A stretch of DNA of 64,000 nucleotides. Origin: a virus. The notes beneath the pieces were generated by a model, which did no database searches, was not told the origin of the DNA, and saw only the letters and a list, made by a program, of their open reading frames with translations. The DNA is taken from positions 43,458 to 107,457 of IMG/VR virus record IMGVR_UViG_3300029908_000004; one strand, given 5' to 3'. This document shows, piece by piece, positions 8,803 through 16,575 of the stretch. The stretch's first letter is position 1; each line of letters begins with the position of its first letter. The position numbers and the translations under genes are program-made.

Positions 8803-8960
8803 GGTAGTTGTATAAACACGTGTCTGGAACTACGATTGTTTACGTTAATCTCGGTGCTTTACCATTGAGCTACTCAGGCATATGTTTTGGGGCCCGAGGA
8901 GAGCATCGAACTCTCATACCCGATTTTGAAAGAAATCGTCTACCAGATGTTGTTTCTACC
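8803..8960 (-). ncRNA. candidate Y RNA (YrlA-like) with circularly permuted tRNA-like module
   Basis: Minus strand 5'->3' in order: T-arm GAGAG-TTCGATG-CTCTC, acceptor-3' CTCGGGC, loop CCCAAAACATAT, acceptor-5' GCCTGAG, TA, D-arm GCTC-AATGGTAA-AGC. Flanks pair as an interrupted helix GGTAG/CTACC, AAACA/TGTTT, TCTGG/CCAGA, CGATT/AATCG. Confidence 0.4.
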
Positions 8961-9333
8961 AAGTGAACCTCTTGGGTAATAGATTAACGTTAAACTTAAT
9001 CGTTTATTTAACCTGACCCTGAGGTTGAAAGAATCCTTGCGGACTCTTCCCAAGCTTGTTAGTTATTAGCCACTTTGTCTTTGTACTTAAGACCGGGCTT
9101 ATTGCGTTTGTCCATCTTTTTCTTTGCTGATGCAATGTGTTTCTGCTTGTTACTGAACTTCATTGTACCACCTCTATAAAACATTTCTCCTACGGCAAGA
9201 AGACGAATCTTCTAGGTGGTAACATCGCATTAAACCCACGACTCTTGTTGGTTATGACCCAACCTCCGTTTACTACGTCCGTGCGACTAGTTCGTAGCGA
9301 CCTCGGGGATTCCGTCCTATAGGAGAAAACTTA

Positions 9334-10092
9334 TTATGCTAATGGAACAAGGATATAATCCATCAGCTTCTTGCCAATCTTTGAGCTTGATACGTCAATG
9401 TCCTGCTCATTGGCGCGGGCTCTTGCCTTCTTGACGAATCTTGACAGGTTTTCAACCCTCTCCAGAAGTGAAGCTTTCATAACTGGAGTCAACATTGAGG
9501 ACCATTCCTGAGTTCTCAATAGACCTGTTGCAATGGTTTCTTCCAGAATTTGACACTGTGCTGGATGTTTGTCTGTAGCCGGGTACAGAACTAGTGGTTT
9601 CTTTACAAGTGTTTTGCGCTCTGATTCCACGTCTCTCGCTTGATAGATTCCTACTGAGCGGTTATCGTCTTGCTTGAACCCTTTTGTTGGATCAAGTGTT
9701 GGAATAGCTGTCAGAAGAACCTGAACTTCCTTCAACCTCTTTTCCAACTGCAATAGACTTGTGGCGGGGACATCCTTCAGGATTGTGTTTCCGTCATCGT
9801 CTACCACATCTGCTCTTGCTTGAGTATTTGCTACATCAACCTGATGTGACAGGTCAATACTCTTGATCTGGAATGCCGACCACCACAACAGTTCATCTTT
9901 CACTGTTGTCTGAATCTCTGACACTTCCTCGATCTTGACTGGTGCACCTTCTGTATAAGCAGAGTAGGTCTTACGAATCTCACTGAAATGAGATCTTTTC
10001 TTCTCGAAGGTGGCCTCTAATTCAGTCCGTGTTTTTGCGGCTTGATTTTCCAAATTCTTCTCAACCGCTAGTAACTCATGTAGCTTTGGCAT
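9334..10092 (-). CDS. hypothetical protein (252 aa)
   Basis: Intact ORF with a GAGG SD; no motif recognised. Confidence 0.55.
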   Translation of the reverse strand: MPKLHELLAVEKNLENQAAKTRTELEATFEKKRSHFSEIRKTYSAYTEGAPVKIEEVSEIQTTVKDELLWWSAFQIKSIDLSHQVDVANTQARADVVDDDGNTILKDVPATSLLQLEKRLKEVQVLLTAIPTLDPTKGFKQDDNRSVGIYQARDVESERKTLVKKPLVLYPATDKHPAQCQILEETIATGLLRTQEWSSMLTPVMKASLLERVENLSRFVKKARARANEQDIDVSSSKIGKKLMDYILVPLA

Positions 10093-10153
10093 ATCTGAAC
10101 CTCACTTGGGTTTCTCTTTGTAAGTTTGAGTTTAGTTAAAAGGGCATGGTACT

Positions 10154-10387
10154 TTAGTACATGTCCTGATCTTGTGGTGATATAAAAGGAGGAGGTGGTG
10201 CGCCCGGTTCCCCAGTGGCTAATGCATTGCGACCAGCAGCTAAGATAATACGAATTTCTTGTATTACTCTCCAGTTCTCGTATGAGAATCTTTGAGCTGC
10301 TGTTTGGTCGTATTCAGTCATTACTTCTTCTATCATATCAAACTGAATACGATTAAATGTTACTGTAATCTGTTCTTCCTGTCCCAT
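10154..10387 (-). CDS. hypothetical protein (77 aa)
   Basis: Intact ORF; acidic N-terminal half and Pro-rich C-terminus. Confidence 0.5.
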   Translation of the reverse strand: MGQEEQITVTFNRIQFDMIEEVMTEYDQTAAQRFSYENWRVIQEIRIILAAGRNALATGEPGAPPPPFISPQDQDMY

Positions 10388-10415
10388 TTTACCTTTGTTT
10401 AGAATTGCAGATTGT

Positions 10416-10559
10416 CTAGATATTTCTGCCAGAGAATAGCCCTATCATTAATACTATAAAGGCTAGTACTAGTAAAAGGTGGATTAAACCGCCTGCTATA
10501 TGGAGACCGAAACCAAGTAACCATAAAAATAGTAAAATTATTAATATCGTCCAAAGCAT
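10416..10559 (-). CDS. small membrane protein (47 aa), not in ORF track
   Basis: GAAGGA SD; single/double TM (MLWTILIILLFLWLLGFGLHIAGGLIHLLLVLAFIVLMIGLF). Confidence 0.4.
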   Translation of the reverse strand: MLWTILIILLFLWLLGFGLHIAGGLIHLLLVLAFIVLMIGLFSGRNI

Positions 10560-10611
10560 ATGAATCCTTCACGTTATTGTAGGGTGGTTCCCCACCCTAC
10601 AATGTTGAATG

Positions 10612-10767
10612 TTAGAGCCTACCCAATACTAGAAGTATAATGAGGATTAAAAGAACTAATCCTATTCCTCCACTTGGAAAGTATCCCCAATTCTGACTGT
10701 GTGGCCAAGAAGGCAACGCACCGACGAAGAAGAAGATCAATAGTATTACTAGGATTATTCCTAACAT
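10612..10767 (-). CDS. small membrane protein, DUF3309-like (51 aa), not in ORF track
   Basis: AAGGAG SD 6 nt upstream. Sequence MLGIILVILLIFFFVGALPSWPHSQNWGYFPSGGIGLVLLILIILLVLGRL matches the widespread DUF3309 small-protein pattern (GALP.WP.S..WGY.PSGG). Confidence 0.5.
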   Translation of the reverse strand: MLGIILVILLIFFFVGALPSWPHSQNWGYFPSGGIGLVLLILIILLVLGRL

Positions 10768-10778
10768 CTGTTACTCCT

Positions 10779-11438
10779 TTACATTGATACGTTTATTGCT
10801 ATTGCTACACCAGCATGTCTACTATCATATAGATAATACCCACCACCTTCATAAACAATATAGCAATCATCTGTATCATACCAGTTATCGCCCCAGTCCC
10901 CGGGATAAGGGTCAGCTAGTACAAACCAAAAACCGTTATATTGGAAGCTTGGGAACCCATTAACCAATCTATATGGGTAGCTGCCAATTCTGAATGAGTG
11001 TTCTCTTCCGAATGACGTTCTAAACCTATCATCTGGAATATGATACCCGTTATACCCGCCACGAGCTGCCCAAGTCTTATGTTCACCAGCCCAATTACCT
11101 GACTTGTGAGCTTGCCAATCACTTCTTTGTTCTTTTGGTCTCTGTTCTTGTTTAGGCTGTTGAGCTTGCTTCGGAGCATGTTGTTGTTTAGGCTGTTGAT
11201 CTCTTTGTTCTACTCGTTGAGCGCTCGGCTTCGACATCTGAGAAGGCTGGCTGCGTGGATGTGATTGAGGACGCTGTTGGTCCATATTATGTTGTGGTTT
11301 CGCACTCTGTTGTGATTTAACTTGTTCGTGCTGTTGAGCTGGCTTTTCTTGCTTTTCACCAGACTTCTGTGCGTATACTGGGGCTATCCCAATAAGTGCA
11401 CACATCAAGATACCTAAGTATCTACTTTTCATGAACAT
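10779..11438 (-). CDS. secreted Gln/Pro-rich protein with Tyr/Trp/Gly-rich C-terminal domain (219 aa)
   Basis: Signal peptide MFMKSRYLGILMCALIGIAPVYA. Long Q/P/K low-complexity linker. Aromatic-rich C-terminal domain (possible RcnB-like fold, uncertain). Confidence 0.6.
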   Translation of the reverse strand: MFMKSRYLGILMCALIGIAPVYAQKSGEKQEKPAQQHEQVKSQQSAKPQHNMDQQRPQSHPRSQPSQMSKPSAQRVEQRDQQPKQQHAPKQAQQPKQEQRPKEQRSDWQAHKSGNWAGEHKTWAARGGYNGYHIPDDRFRTSFGREHSFRIGSYPYRLVNGFPSFQYNGFWFVLADPYPGDWGDNWYDTDDCYIVYEGGGYYLYDSRHAGVAIAINVSM

Positions 11439-11517
11439 TGTTCTCCATTGCTACTAATAAAAGCTCAATGGCTTTCACTTGTTTCAGTCCTACATGTTTA
11501 ATTAGTATACGATAATT

Positions 11518-11916
11518 CTATCCATCTATGTTAGTGTTTTGTTTCTTCTTCCAGTCACGTATTGCAGCCGCTATCGCGTCTTGGGCAAGAACCGAGCAAT
11601 GAATCTTGACCGGAGGCAGTGACAGCTCTTTCACTATGTCGGTGTTCTTGATCTGCAGAGCCTCGTCCACCGTCTTGCCTTTTACCCACTCGGTCGCCAG
11701 CGATGACGATGCGATCGCCGAGCCGCAGCCGAACGTCTTGAACTTCGCGTCCTCGATGATCCTGGTCTGCGGGTTTACCCGGATTTGCAGCTTCATGACG
11801 TCGCCGCATTCCGGAGCGCCGACCAGCCCGGTGCCAACCTCATCTGCATTCTTGTCCATGGTGCCGACGTTGCGCGGATTGGTGTAGTGATCCAGTACCT
11901 TATCGCTGTAAGCCAT
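11518..11916 (-). CDS. iscU: Fe-S cluster assembly scaffold protein IscU
   Basis: Near-complete match to the IscU pattern (MAYSDKVLDHYTNPRNVG...GAPECGDVMKLQI...FKTFGCGSAIASSSLATEWVKGKTVDEA...LPPVKIHCSVLA). GAGGAG SD. Local GC content much higher than surroundings. Confidence 0.9.
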   Translation of the reverse strand: MAYSDKVLDHYTNPRNVGTMDKNADEVGTGLVGAPECGDVMKLQIRVNPQTRIIEDAKFKTFGCGSAIASSSLATEWVKGKTVDEALQIKNTDIVKELSLPPVKIHCSVLAQDAIAAAIRDWKKKQNTNIDG

Positions 11917-12610
11917 CCATCTCCTCTACTTGTTGCAAAACACTTCTTACCTTGTTTATATCTAAGCTACTATCATCTTCAGTTCTAACTCTACGCTGCA
12001 TGTCGATCCAATATGGAGCACGGCAAACGTCATTAATTCTTGAGATCTCTTCCTTCACGTTATCTGGTCCTAATCCACCAGCAAACCCTATCGGGAATGC
12101 AAACGTTGGTGACGGCCATTTGTCTGGGATGATACCCCTTCCACCGGATTTGTCAAATAATCCTTGAGCTCTGAATCCACAAGATTTCAGTGCATAAGGT
12201 AGTAGGTTATTTACCCCGTCCAACTGAAAGATAAACTTTTTCTGACTAAGCTCCTTAAGTCTGTTTACCATACTAAATGTGGAACTGTGTGTTTCGCTGT
12301 GAGTGTTAATCTGAATTCTATCGCTTATATTAACACAAGCAGGTAGAGCTGTCCAGTCTAACTCACCAATCAGTAATTCTTTAACCCATGCACCACAGAT
12401 ATGTGTAGCTACCTGAAGTTCATTTATCTCAGCAGCTTTGGAGAATTGTGATATCCAATGATTGAATGGAAATCTAGGCTCACCGAAGTGGTCTCTAGAT
12501 ACTAAGATCCCCCATTCTACGAATGGGAACTCTTTACTAAGCTCAACCAGATCGTTGATATTGGTAGCATCATCAGCTCCAGTGATTGTTACTGTGTGTG
12601 GATAAAACAT
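11900..12610 (-). CDS. TIM-barrel protein, phosphoribosylanthranilate isomerase (TrpF)-like
   Basis: Motif series FQLDG, GGRGIIPDKWPS and FAGGLGPDNVKEEI parallel the TrpF QLHG, GG.G..FDW and LAGGL.PENV motifs. Start trimmed to the Met with an AAGGAG SD so as not to overlap tRNA-Trp. Function assignment tentative. Confidence 0.45.
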   Translation of the reverse strand: MFYPHTVTITGADDATNINDLVELSKEFPFVEWGILVSRDHFGEPRFPFNHWISQFSKAAEINELQVATHICGAWVKELLIGELDWTALPACVNISDRIQINTHSETHSSTFSMVNRLKELSQKKFIFQLDGVNNLLPYALKSCGFRAQGLFDKSGGRGIIPDKWPSPTFAFPIGFAGGLGPDNVKEEISRINDVCRAPYWIDMQRRVRTEDDSSLDINKVRSVLQQVEEMDGLQR

Positions 12611-12709
12611 AAACTCCTTTGTTTGGCATGGGCACGAGGGCGGAGATAGAACTAAGTTTTGGCACCAGATGGAAGAATCGGACTCCTGAGTCCTGATACT
12701 TAAATTCTT

Positions 12710-12783
12710 TGGCACAAGCACCAGGATTTGAACCCGTACGAACTGTTTTGGAGACAGTCATGCTACCGTTACATCATGCTTAT
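12710..12783 (-). tRNA. tRNA-Trp (anticodon CCA), CCA encoded
   Basis: Acceptor ATAAGCA/TGCTTGT, D-arm ATGT-AACGGTA-GCAT, anticodon arm ACTGT-CTCCAAA-ACAGT, T-arm ACGGG-TTCAAAT-CCTGG, discriminator G. Confidence 0.8.
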
Positions 12784-12825
12784 GCGATAGCCTTTTACTA
12801 CATGGAAAGGCCTTCCATGTCCATA

Positions 12826-13146
12826 TTACTTCTTAAACAGTCTTTCTAATTCTCTTACATCCGGGTTAATAGGCTCTGGTTCATCCATGTTGTCATCATC
12901 ATCATCATCATCGTCATCGTCATCATTGTCAAAGTATCGGTCGTAGACATATACTTGACAATTACACCTTGTAAGTGCATTTTCCATTACACAACAACCA
13001 TGTTTACCTTCAGTGTGACGACATCTGAAGTGCCCACATTGACATACACCCGGTTTGAGTCTCAAGAGTTCTTTTATAAGTAATAATATAACAATAATCA
13101 TCATTATTGCTACTACAATGATAAACAACTGAGTTATCAAGGTCAT
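12826..13146 (-). CDS. membrane-anchored Cys/His-rich protein with poly-Asp tract (106 aa)
   Basis: N-terminal TM helix, CQCGHFRCRHTEGKHGCC...CNCQ metal-binding-like cluster, then DNDDDDDDDDDDDN acidic run. Confidence 0.55.
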   Translation of the reverse strand: MTLITQLFIIVVAIMMIIVILLLIKELLRLKPGVCQCGHFRCRHTEGKHGCCVMENALTRCNCQVYVYDRYFDNDDDDDDDDDDDNMDEPEPINPDVRELERLFKK

Positions 13147-13164
13147 AATAGCCTCTCTTTACAT

Positions 13165-13239
13165 TGGTACGCCGTGAGAGATTTGAACTCCCAACCTCTT
13201 GCTTGTAACGCAAATACTCTACCATTGAGCTAACGGCGT
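13165..13239 (-). tRNA. tRNA-Val (anticodon UAC), CCA encoded
   Basis: Acceptor ACGCCGT/ACGGCGT, D-arm GCTC-AATGGTA-GAGT, anticodon arm TTTGC-GTTACAA-GCAAG, T-arm GGGAG-TTCAAAT-CTCTC, discriminator A. Confidence 0.9.
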
Positions 13240-13241
13240 AT

Positions 13242-13499
13242 TTATTGTATCTCGTTATCGGTTATGTGGATCTTGCCTTTTTCCGTTGGTTCCACTCGGA
13301 TATGTGGTTTGATGTAGCTTTTATCAATCAGTCCATTATTTAACAGTGTAACATGAATTCTCATGTTATCTTGGATTACATCCGTTAGAACGTCATTCTG
13401 TACGATTACTGCTTCGTTTAAGTTACGAAGGGTAAGGTATTGTGAGATATTAATTAAAGCTAACCCAATCATTGAAATGATCATAATTCTCTTTGCCAT
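13242..13499 (-). CDS. small signal-anchored protein (85 aa)
   Basis: N-terminal hydrophobic segment MAKRIMIISMIGLALINISQ. Confidence 0.5.
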   Translation of the reverse strand: MAKRIMIISMIGLALINISQYLTLRNLNEAVIVQNDVLTDVIQDNMRIHVTLLNNGLIDKSYIKPHIRVEPTEKGKIHITDNEIQ

Positions 13500-13529
13500 T
13501 ACCCTACCCTTCTTTCTTAAGAGGCGGAT

Positions 13530-15230
13530 TTACTCCGCTTCTGCTTCTTCAGTTTCCAATACTTCCGTTTTCCCTGAAACGAATTGGGCAATCAACGAAG
13601 GCACATTGGTATCGAATCCAACCACGTCCAACGAACGTACATCGTTTGGATCTGCGATCGAGAATCCAGTTGCTGTCATCCCGATGACAATCTGATGAGC
13701 GTTACGTCCAGAACTCTGACGATAGCTCTCCAAAGCGCTAAATACGTGTTTAGGTCCTGCCCAAGTCTCGTTGTCAGTGATGTTGACAAACACATCGACT
13801 GGCATCTTCTTTTCTTGTGCATCCTTATATGGAAGTGAACAATCTGTTCCTCCCCACCCTGTGCGTAGTGCCTTGGATATTGCTGCGTCTAGCTTCATGG
13901 ATTTAACCAATCCAACATCAATCATCTTGGTGTTGTAGGAAGCAACGTGATGCCATGGCTCATTATGCATGATTACCATAGCCATTGCTACTGCACCCAT
14001 GATTGGTGACATGTTTGGACAACCAACAAGATTTCCCCATCCCATTGAGCCGGAACAATCCAAGCCAATGTAATAGTTCAAATTGGTGGTTTCAGCATTC
14101 TTAAACGTCTTATAGAACGCTGCGTCCATAGCATCCAAAACTGGTTTCACCACTGTCCAAGTCAACGAGCCACGAATGCCATGACCAGTTTGATAGGTTA
14201 ACATAGCATTCAGAACAGTTAGTGGGTGAACACGACTACGTTGCAGATATTCCTGATCCGACAGACGTGTTACTACTAGCTTTGACGCCTCTGATAGAGG
14301 AGCTAACAGCTTGATGCTACTCATCTTACCAAGGTTCCTGATCATTGCGTTCATGGGCATTTTCTGAAGCAATGCCTCCCAAACTGCAACGTGGTTCAAT
14401 GCCTCTGTAGGGATCATTTCGCGAGTGAGGTTGTACTTCTGAATCGCTGAAATGATTACCTTTGGGTCTTTTTCATTCTTCATTGCCTCGAACTGCTTAA
14501 TCAGTTCTGGCAAGTCCTTCTCTAAATCGGTTGCTCCGTGCAGACCTTTGGTAGCCCAATCAAACAAGGCTTTCTGCCCATTCGACAACGTAGCATGGGT
14601 ACCTGCATGGGTGGCACGAAGGATGTCGCGATGGCTCCATCCTTGTGTTCCATCCACACGCCGTGATTGGTATTTCACCATCTGATAAGCCAGTTTCTGC
14701 TCATCTTTCTGTGTGTACCAATCTGCTACGCCGTTGCGTAGTGACCTATTCCAACGCATCTTTGCGGCACCTTCGGCCTGTTTTGACCGCATGCCTTTCA
14801 GATATTCCATTAGTTGGAACAAATGCGTTCCGATACGTGCTACGTCTGGCAGTTTATCCAAGGCGTAACCACGAGTGGATTTGTCACCGAATGCTATACA
14901 CTGTGCCAACGCGAACAGGGCATAGTCATTCTTTGGAGCCCGGCCAGATACAGAGATATCGACAATCGTTTTTACTGTCTTCTCTCCATCTGCCGAAATA
15001 CAGCGTTCAACGCACTTTGCGTTGTCACGCGTCAACTTGTCGGCACCAACATAATAAGTGCCACCTTCGCTTCCAAGAATTATAAATCTCTGGAGTCGGT
15101 CCCAGTCACTCAGTTCAAAAACATAACCTCCAGCGTTATTCTGAACTTGATTCTTTTCTGGGAATGGTTCACTTTGAGGAATTGTTGGCTTCATCGCCCC
15201 ATACACATTTGTTAGGTTGGGTTTCTTCAT
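13530..15230 (-). CDS. rsr: Ro60/Rsr ortholog (TROVE domain + vWA domain with MIDAS)
   Basis: N-terminal TROVE-like segment (YVFELSDWDRLQRFIILGSEGGTYYVGADKL). C-terminal vWA with MIDAS DxSxS (YYIGLDCSGSM). Length 566 aa typical of bacterial/phage Rsr. Confidence 0.8.
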   Translation of the reverse strand: MKKPNLTNVYGAMKPTIPQSEPFPEKNQVQNNAGGYVFELSDWDRLQRFIILGSEGGTYYVGADKLTRDNAKCVERCISADGEKTVKTIVDISVSGRAPKNDYALFALAQCIAFGDKSTRGYALDKLPDVARIGTHLFQLMEYLKGMRSKQAEGAAKMRWNRSLRNGVADWYTQKDEQKLAYQMVKYQSRRVDGTQGWSHRDILRATHAGTHATLSNGQKALFDWATKGLHGATDLEKDLPELIKQFEAMKNEKDPKVIISAIQKYNLTREMIPTEALNHVAVWEALLQKMPMNAMIRNLGKMSSIKLLAPLSEASKLVVTRLSDQEYLQRSRVHPLTVLNAMLTYQTGHGIRGSLTWTVVKPVLDAMDAAFYKTFKNAETTNLNYYIGLDCSGSMGWGNLVGCPNMSPIMGAVAMAMVIMHNEPWHHVASYNTKMIDVGLVKSMKLDAAISKALRTGWGGTDCSLPYKDAQEKKMPVDVFVNITDNETWAGPKHVFSALESYRQSSGRNAHQIVIGMTATGFSIADPNDVRSLDVVGFDTNVPSLIAQFVSGKTEVLETEEAEAE

Positions 15231-15314
15231 TTTCTTTTGACCTCTTACGAGACTACCAAGATAATCTGGCTTCTCGCATCCTTTATATTTGCTTTGGAGA
15301 TTTTGGTTTACCCT

Positions 15315-15473
15315 TTAAGAACGATTTTCTTTGGTGAGCAGCTGGGCAACCGTTTCCAGTGAATTGAAGCTTGGGACGTGGGCGTCTGGAGGCGCTGGGT
15401 GCAAACCCTTTGCCACAGCCGTCATCTCCTCACGCAACGATTTCAGCGATTGAATTTTCAACTTGCTCGTCAT
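15315..15473 (-). CDS. small GC-rich ORF (52 aa), hypothetical
   Basis: ATG with weak GGGGTG SD; GC-rich codon usage unlike neighbours; not in ORF track. Confidence 0.3.
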   Translation of the reverse strand: MTSKLKIQSLKSLREEMTAVAKGLHPAPPDAHVPSFNSLETVAQLLTKENRS

Positions 15474-15499
15474 CCTACACCCCGGATATGATGTTGCAT

Positions 15500-16110
15500 A
15501 GGGTTTGTTGTCAAGGTAACCCTACGCGTTCGACCCGTGGTCGAATTTTGTTGCTATGGATATAATACGATTGAAGGCGTTTTTATCTGCAATGATTGAT
15601 AACCTTCATTCTTCGACCCATAGCCGATATTAATAGAGTGGATATAAACAACTTTGCTGGGATATTGTTTAAATTAGCAGTTTAAGGTAACCCAACGATC
15701 TCGACCCACTCCATGATTTGATGGTGGAAAGAGGTATTGTATGTTTGGCCCAACACCGGCCTAGATATATCCGCAGTGCTGGTTTCCTCTCTTACAAATT
15801 ACCTAGTTCTAGGCACCAAATAACCGTAAGCCACCAAACTTTATTACTTCGTTTCAAAATCTTTAATATCTAGTAGATATAAATTTGACTGGATGTTTTA
15901 GAGTGTCCTGCCAATTAGACGATGCCGGTTACCCGGTAGAGAGATTCGAACTCCCATAACCCGCTCCATAGGCGATAACCCAATCGGGTCGACCCACTAG
16001 ATAAATTCATTTGCTCCCTAGGAGCGCTTTACATTCTTATGGTGTGGATATAAACAACTTAGTCAGGAAGTTTATCAAAGTAATAAGGTAATCCTAACTA
16101 TTCGACCCAA
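15500..16110. repeat. repeat-rich intergenic region upstream of rsr with 5 further copies of GRTAAYC-N7-KTCGACCC
   Basis: Motif copies at 15525-15546, 15598-15619, 15686-15707, 15974-15995, 16087-16108. Recurrent GTGGATATAAACAACTT submotif at about 15550, 15641, 16044. Confidence 0.55.
15905..16000 (-). ncRNA. second tRNA-mimic module (T-arm, short acceptor hairpin with GTAA loop, D-like arm)
   Basis: Minus strand: GGGAG-TTCGAAT-CTCTC, then TACCGG-GTAA-CCGG, then GTC-TAATTGGCAG-GAC. Flanks TATCTAGT and ACTAGATA can pair. Located 0.7 kb upstream of rsr. Confidence 0.3.
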
Positions 16111-16231
16111 ACCATTTCCTATGCGAGGAGCAATAACAATATAATAAAGAGAACTGGGTGAAGGTTCCAGAAAGCCAGAATTAGTGCTCCCTTTCCTAGT
16201 AGGGCAAGTAGAATTAGAATTAATATCATAA

Positions 16232-16462
16232 TTACCTCTCAATTGTTGTTTCTTCTTCTTCTTTGTGTTTATTTCTTAGAGAGAGAATCATACGGGAAAC
16301 TTCTTCTGCCGTTAACATTACGTCTCCCATCCTTCTGAACGCTTCTGCTAAGTTAGTAAGTGTTAGGTCGTAAAGGGTATCCATCCCATTTTCCACAATT
16401 TCCTTTACTCCACTTTCTTTCTTTTGATCCACAAACCATTTATCCCAAAACATAGTATTCAC
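16232..16462 (-). CDS. hypothetical protein (76 aa)
   Basis: Intact ORF directly downstream of tRNA-Asn. Confidence 0.5.
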   Translation of the reverse strand: MNTMFWDKWFVDQKKESGVKEIVENGMDTLYDLTLTNLAEAFRRMGDVMLTAEEVSRMILSLRNKHKEEEETTIER

Positions 16463-16498
16463 CTTAAGTGTTTCTACTTCCCGTAGTATTCTCTAAAT

Positions 16499-16575
16499 TG
16501 GCTGAGAGGGAGGGATTCGAACCCTCGGAATCTCTGGCTTAACAGGCCAGCGCATTACCACTTTGCTACCTCTCA
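16499..16575 (-). tRNA. tRNA-Asn (anticodon GUU), CCA encoded
   Basis: Acceptor TGAGAGG/CCTCTCA, anticodon arm CTGGC-CTGTTAA-GCCAG (as in E. coli tRNA-Asn), T-arm GAGGG-TTCGAAT-CCCTC, discriminator G. Confidence 0.85.

Noticed and set aside
8856-8920. True circularly permuted (split) tRNA gene
   Set aside because: The halves are joined by a closed loop over the acceptor stem and no anticodon arm is present. Bacteria and phages lack the BHB splicing machinery needed. The Y-RNA-like tRNA mimic interpretation explains the order and the long closing helix better.
10916-11179. 87-aa ORF nested in the Q/P-rich secreted protein gene
   Set aside because: Out-of-frame within a longer, better-supported ORF.
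11555-11988. ORFs 11555-11809(-), 11606-11887(+), 11785-11988(+)
   Set aside because: Alternative-frame shadow ORFs produced by the high GC content of iscU; Arg/Gly-rich junk translations.
12573-12761. 62-aa minus-strand ORF
   Set aside because: Overlaps tRNA-Trp and the TrpF-like gene start.
13010-13225. 71-aa minus-strand ORF
   Set aside because: Overlaps tRNA-Val and the preceding gene.
14452-15215. Plus-strand ORFs inside rsr
   Set aside because: Antisense shadow ORFs within a well-supported 566-aa gene.
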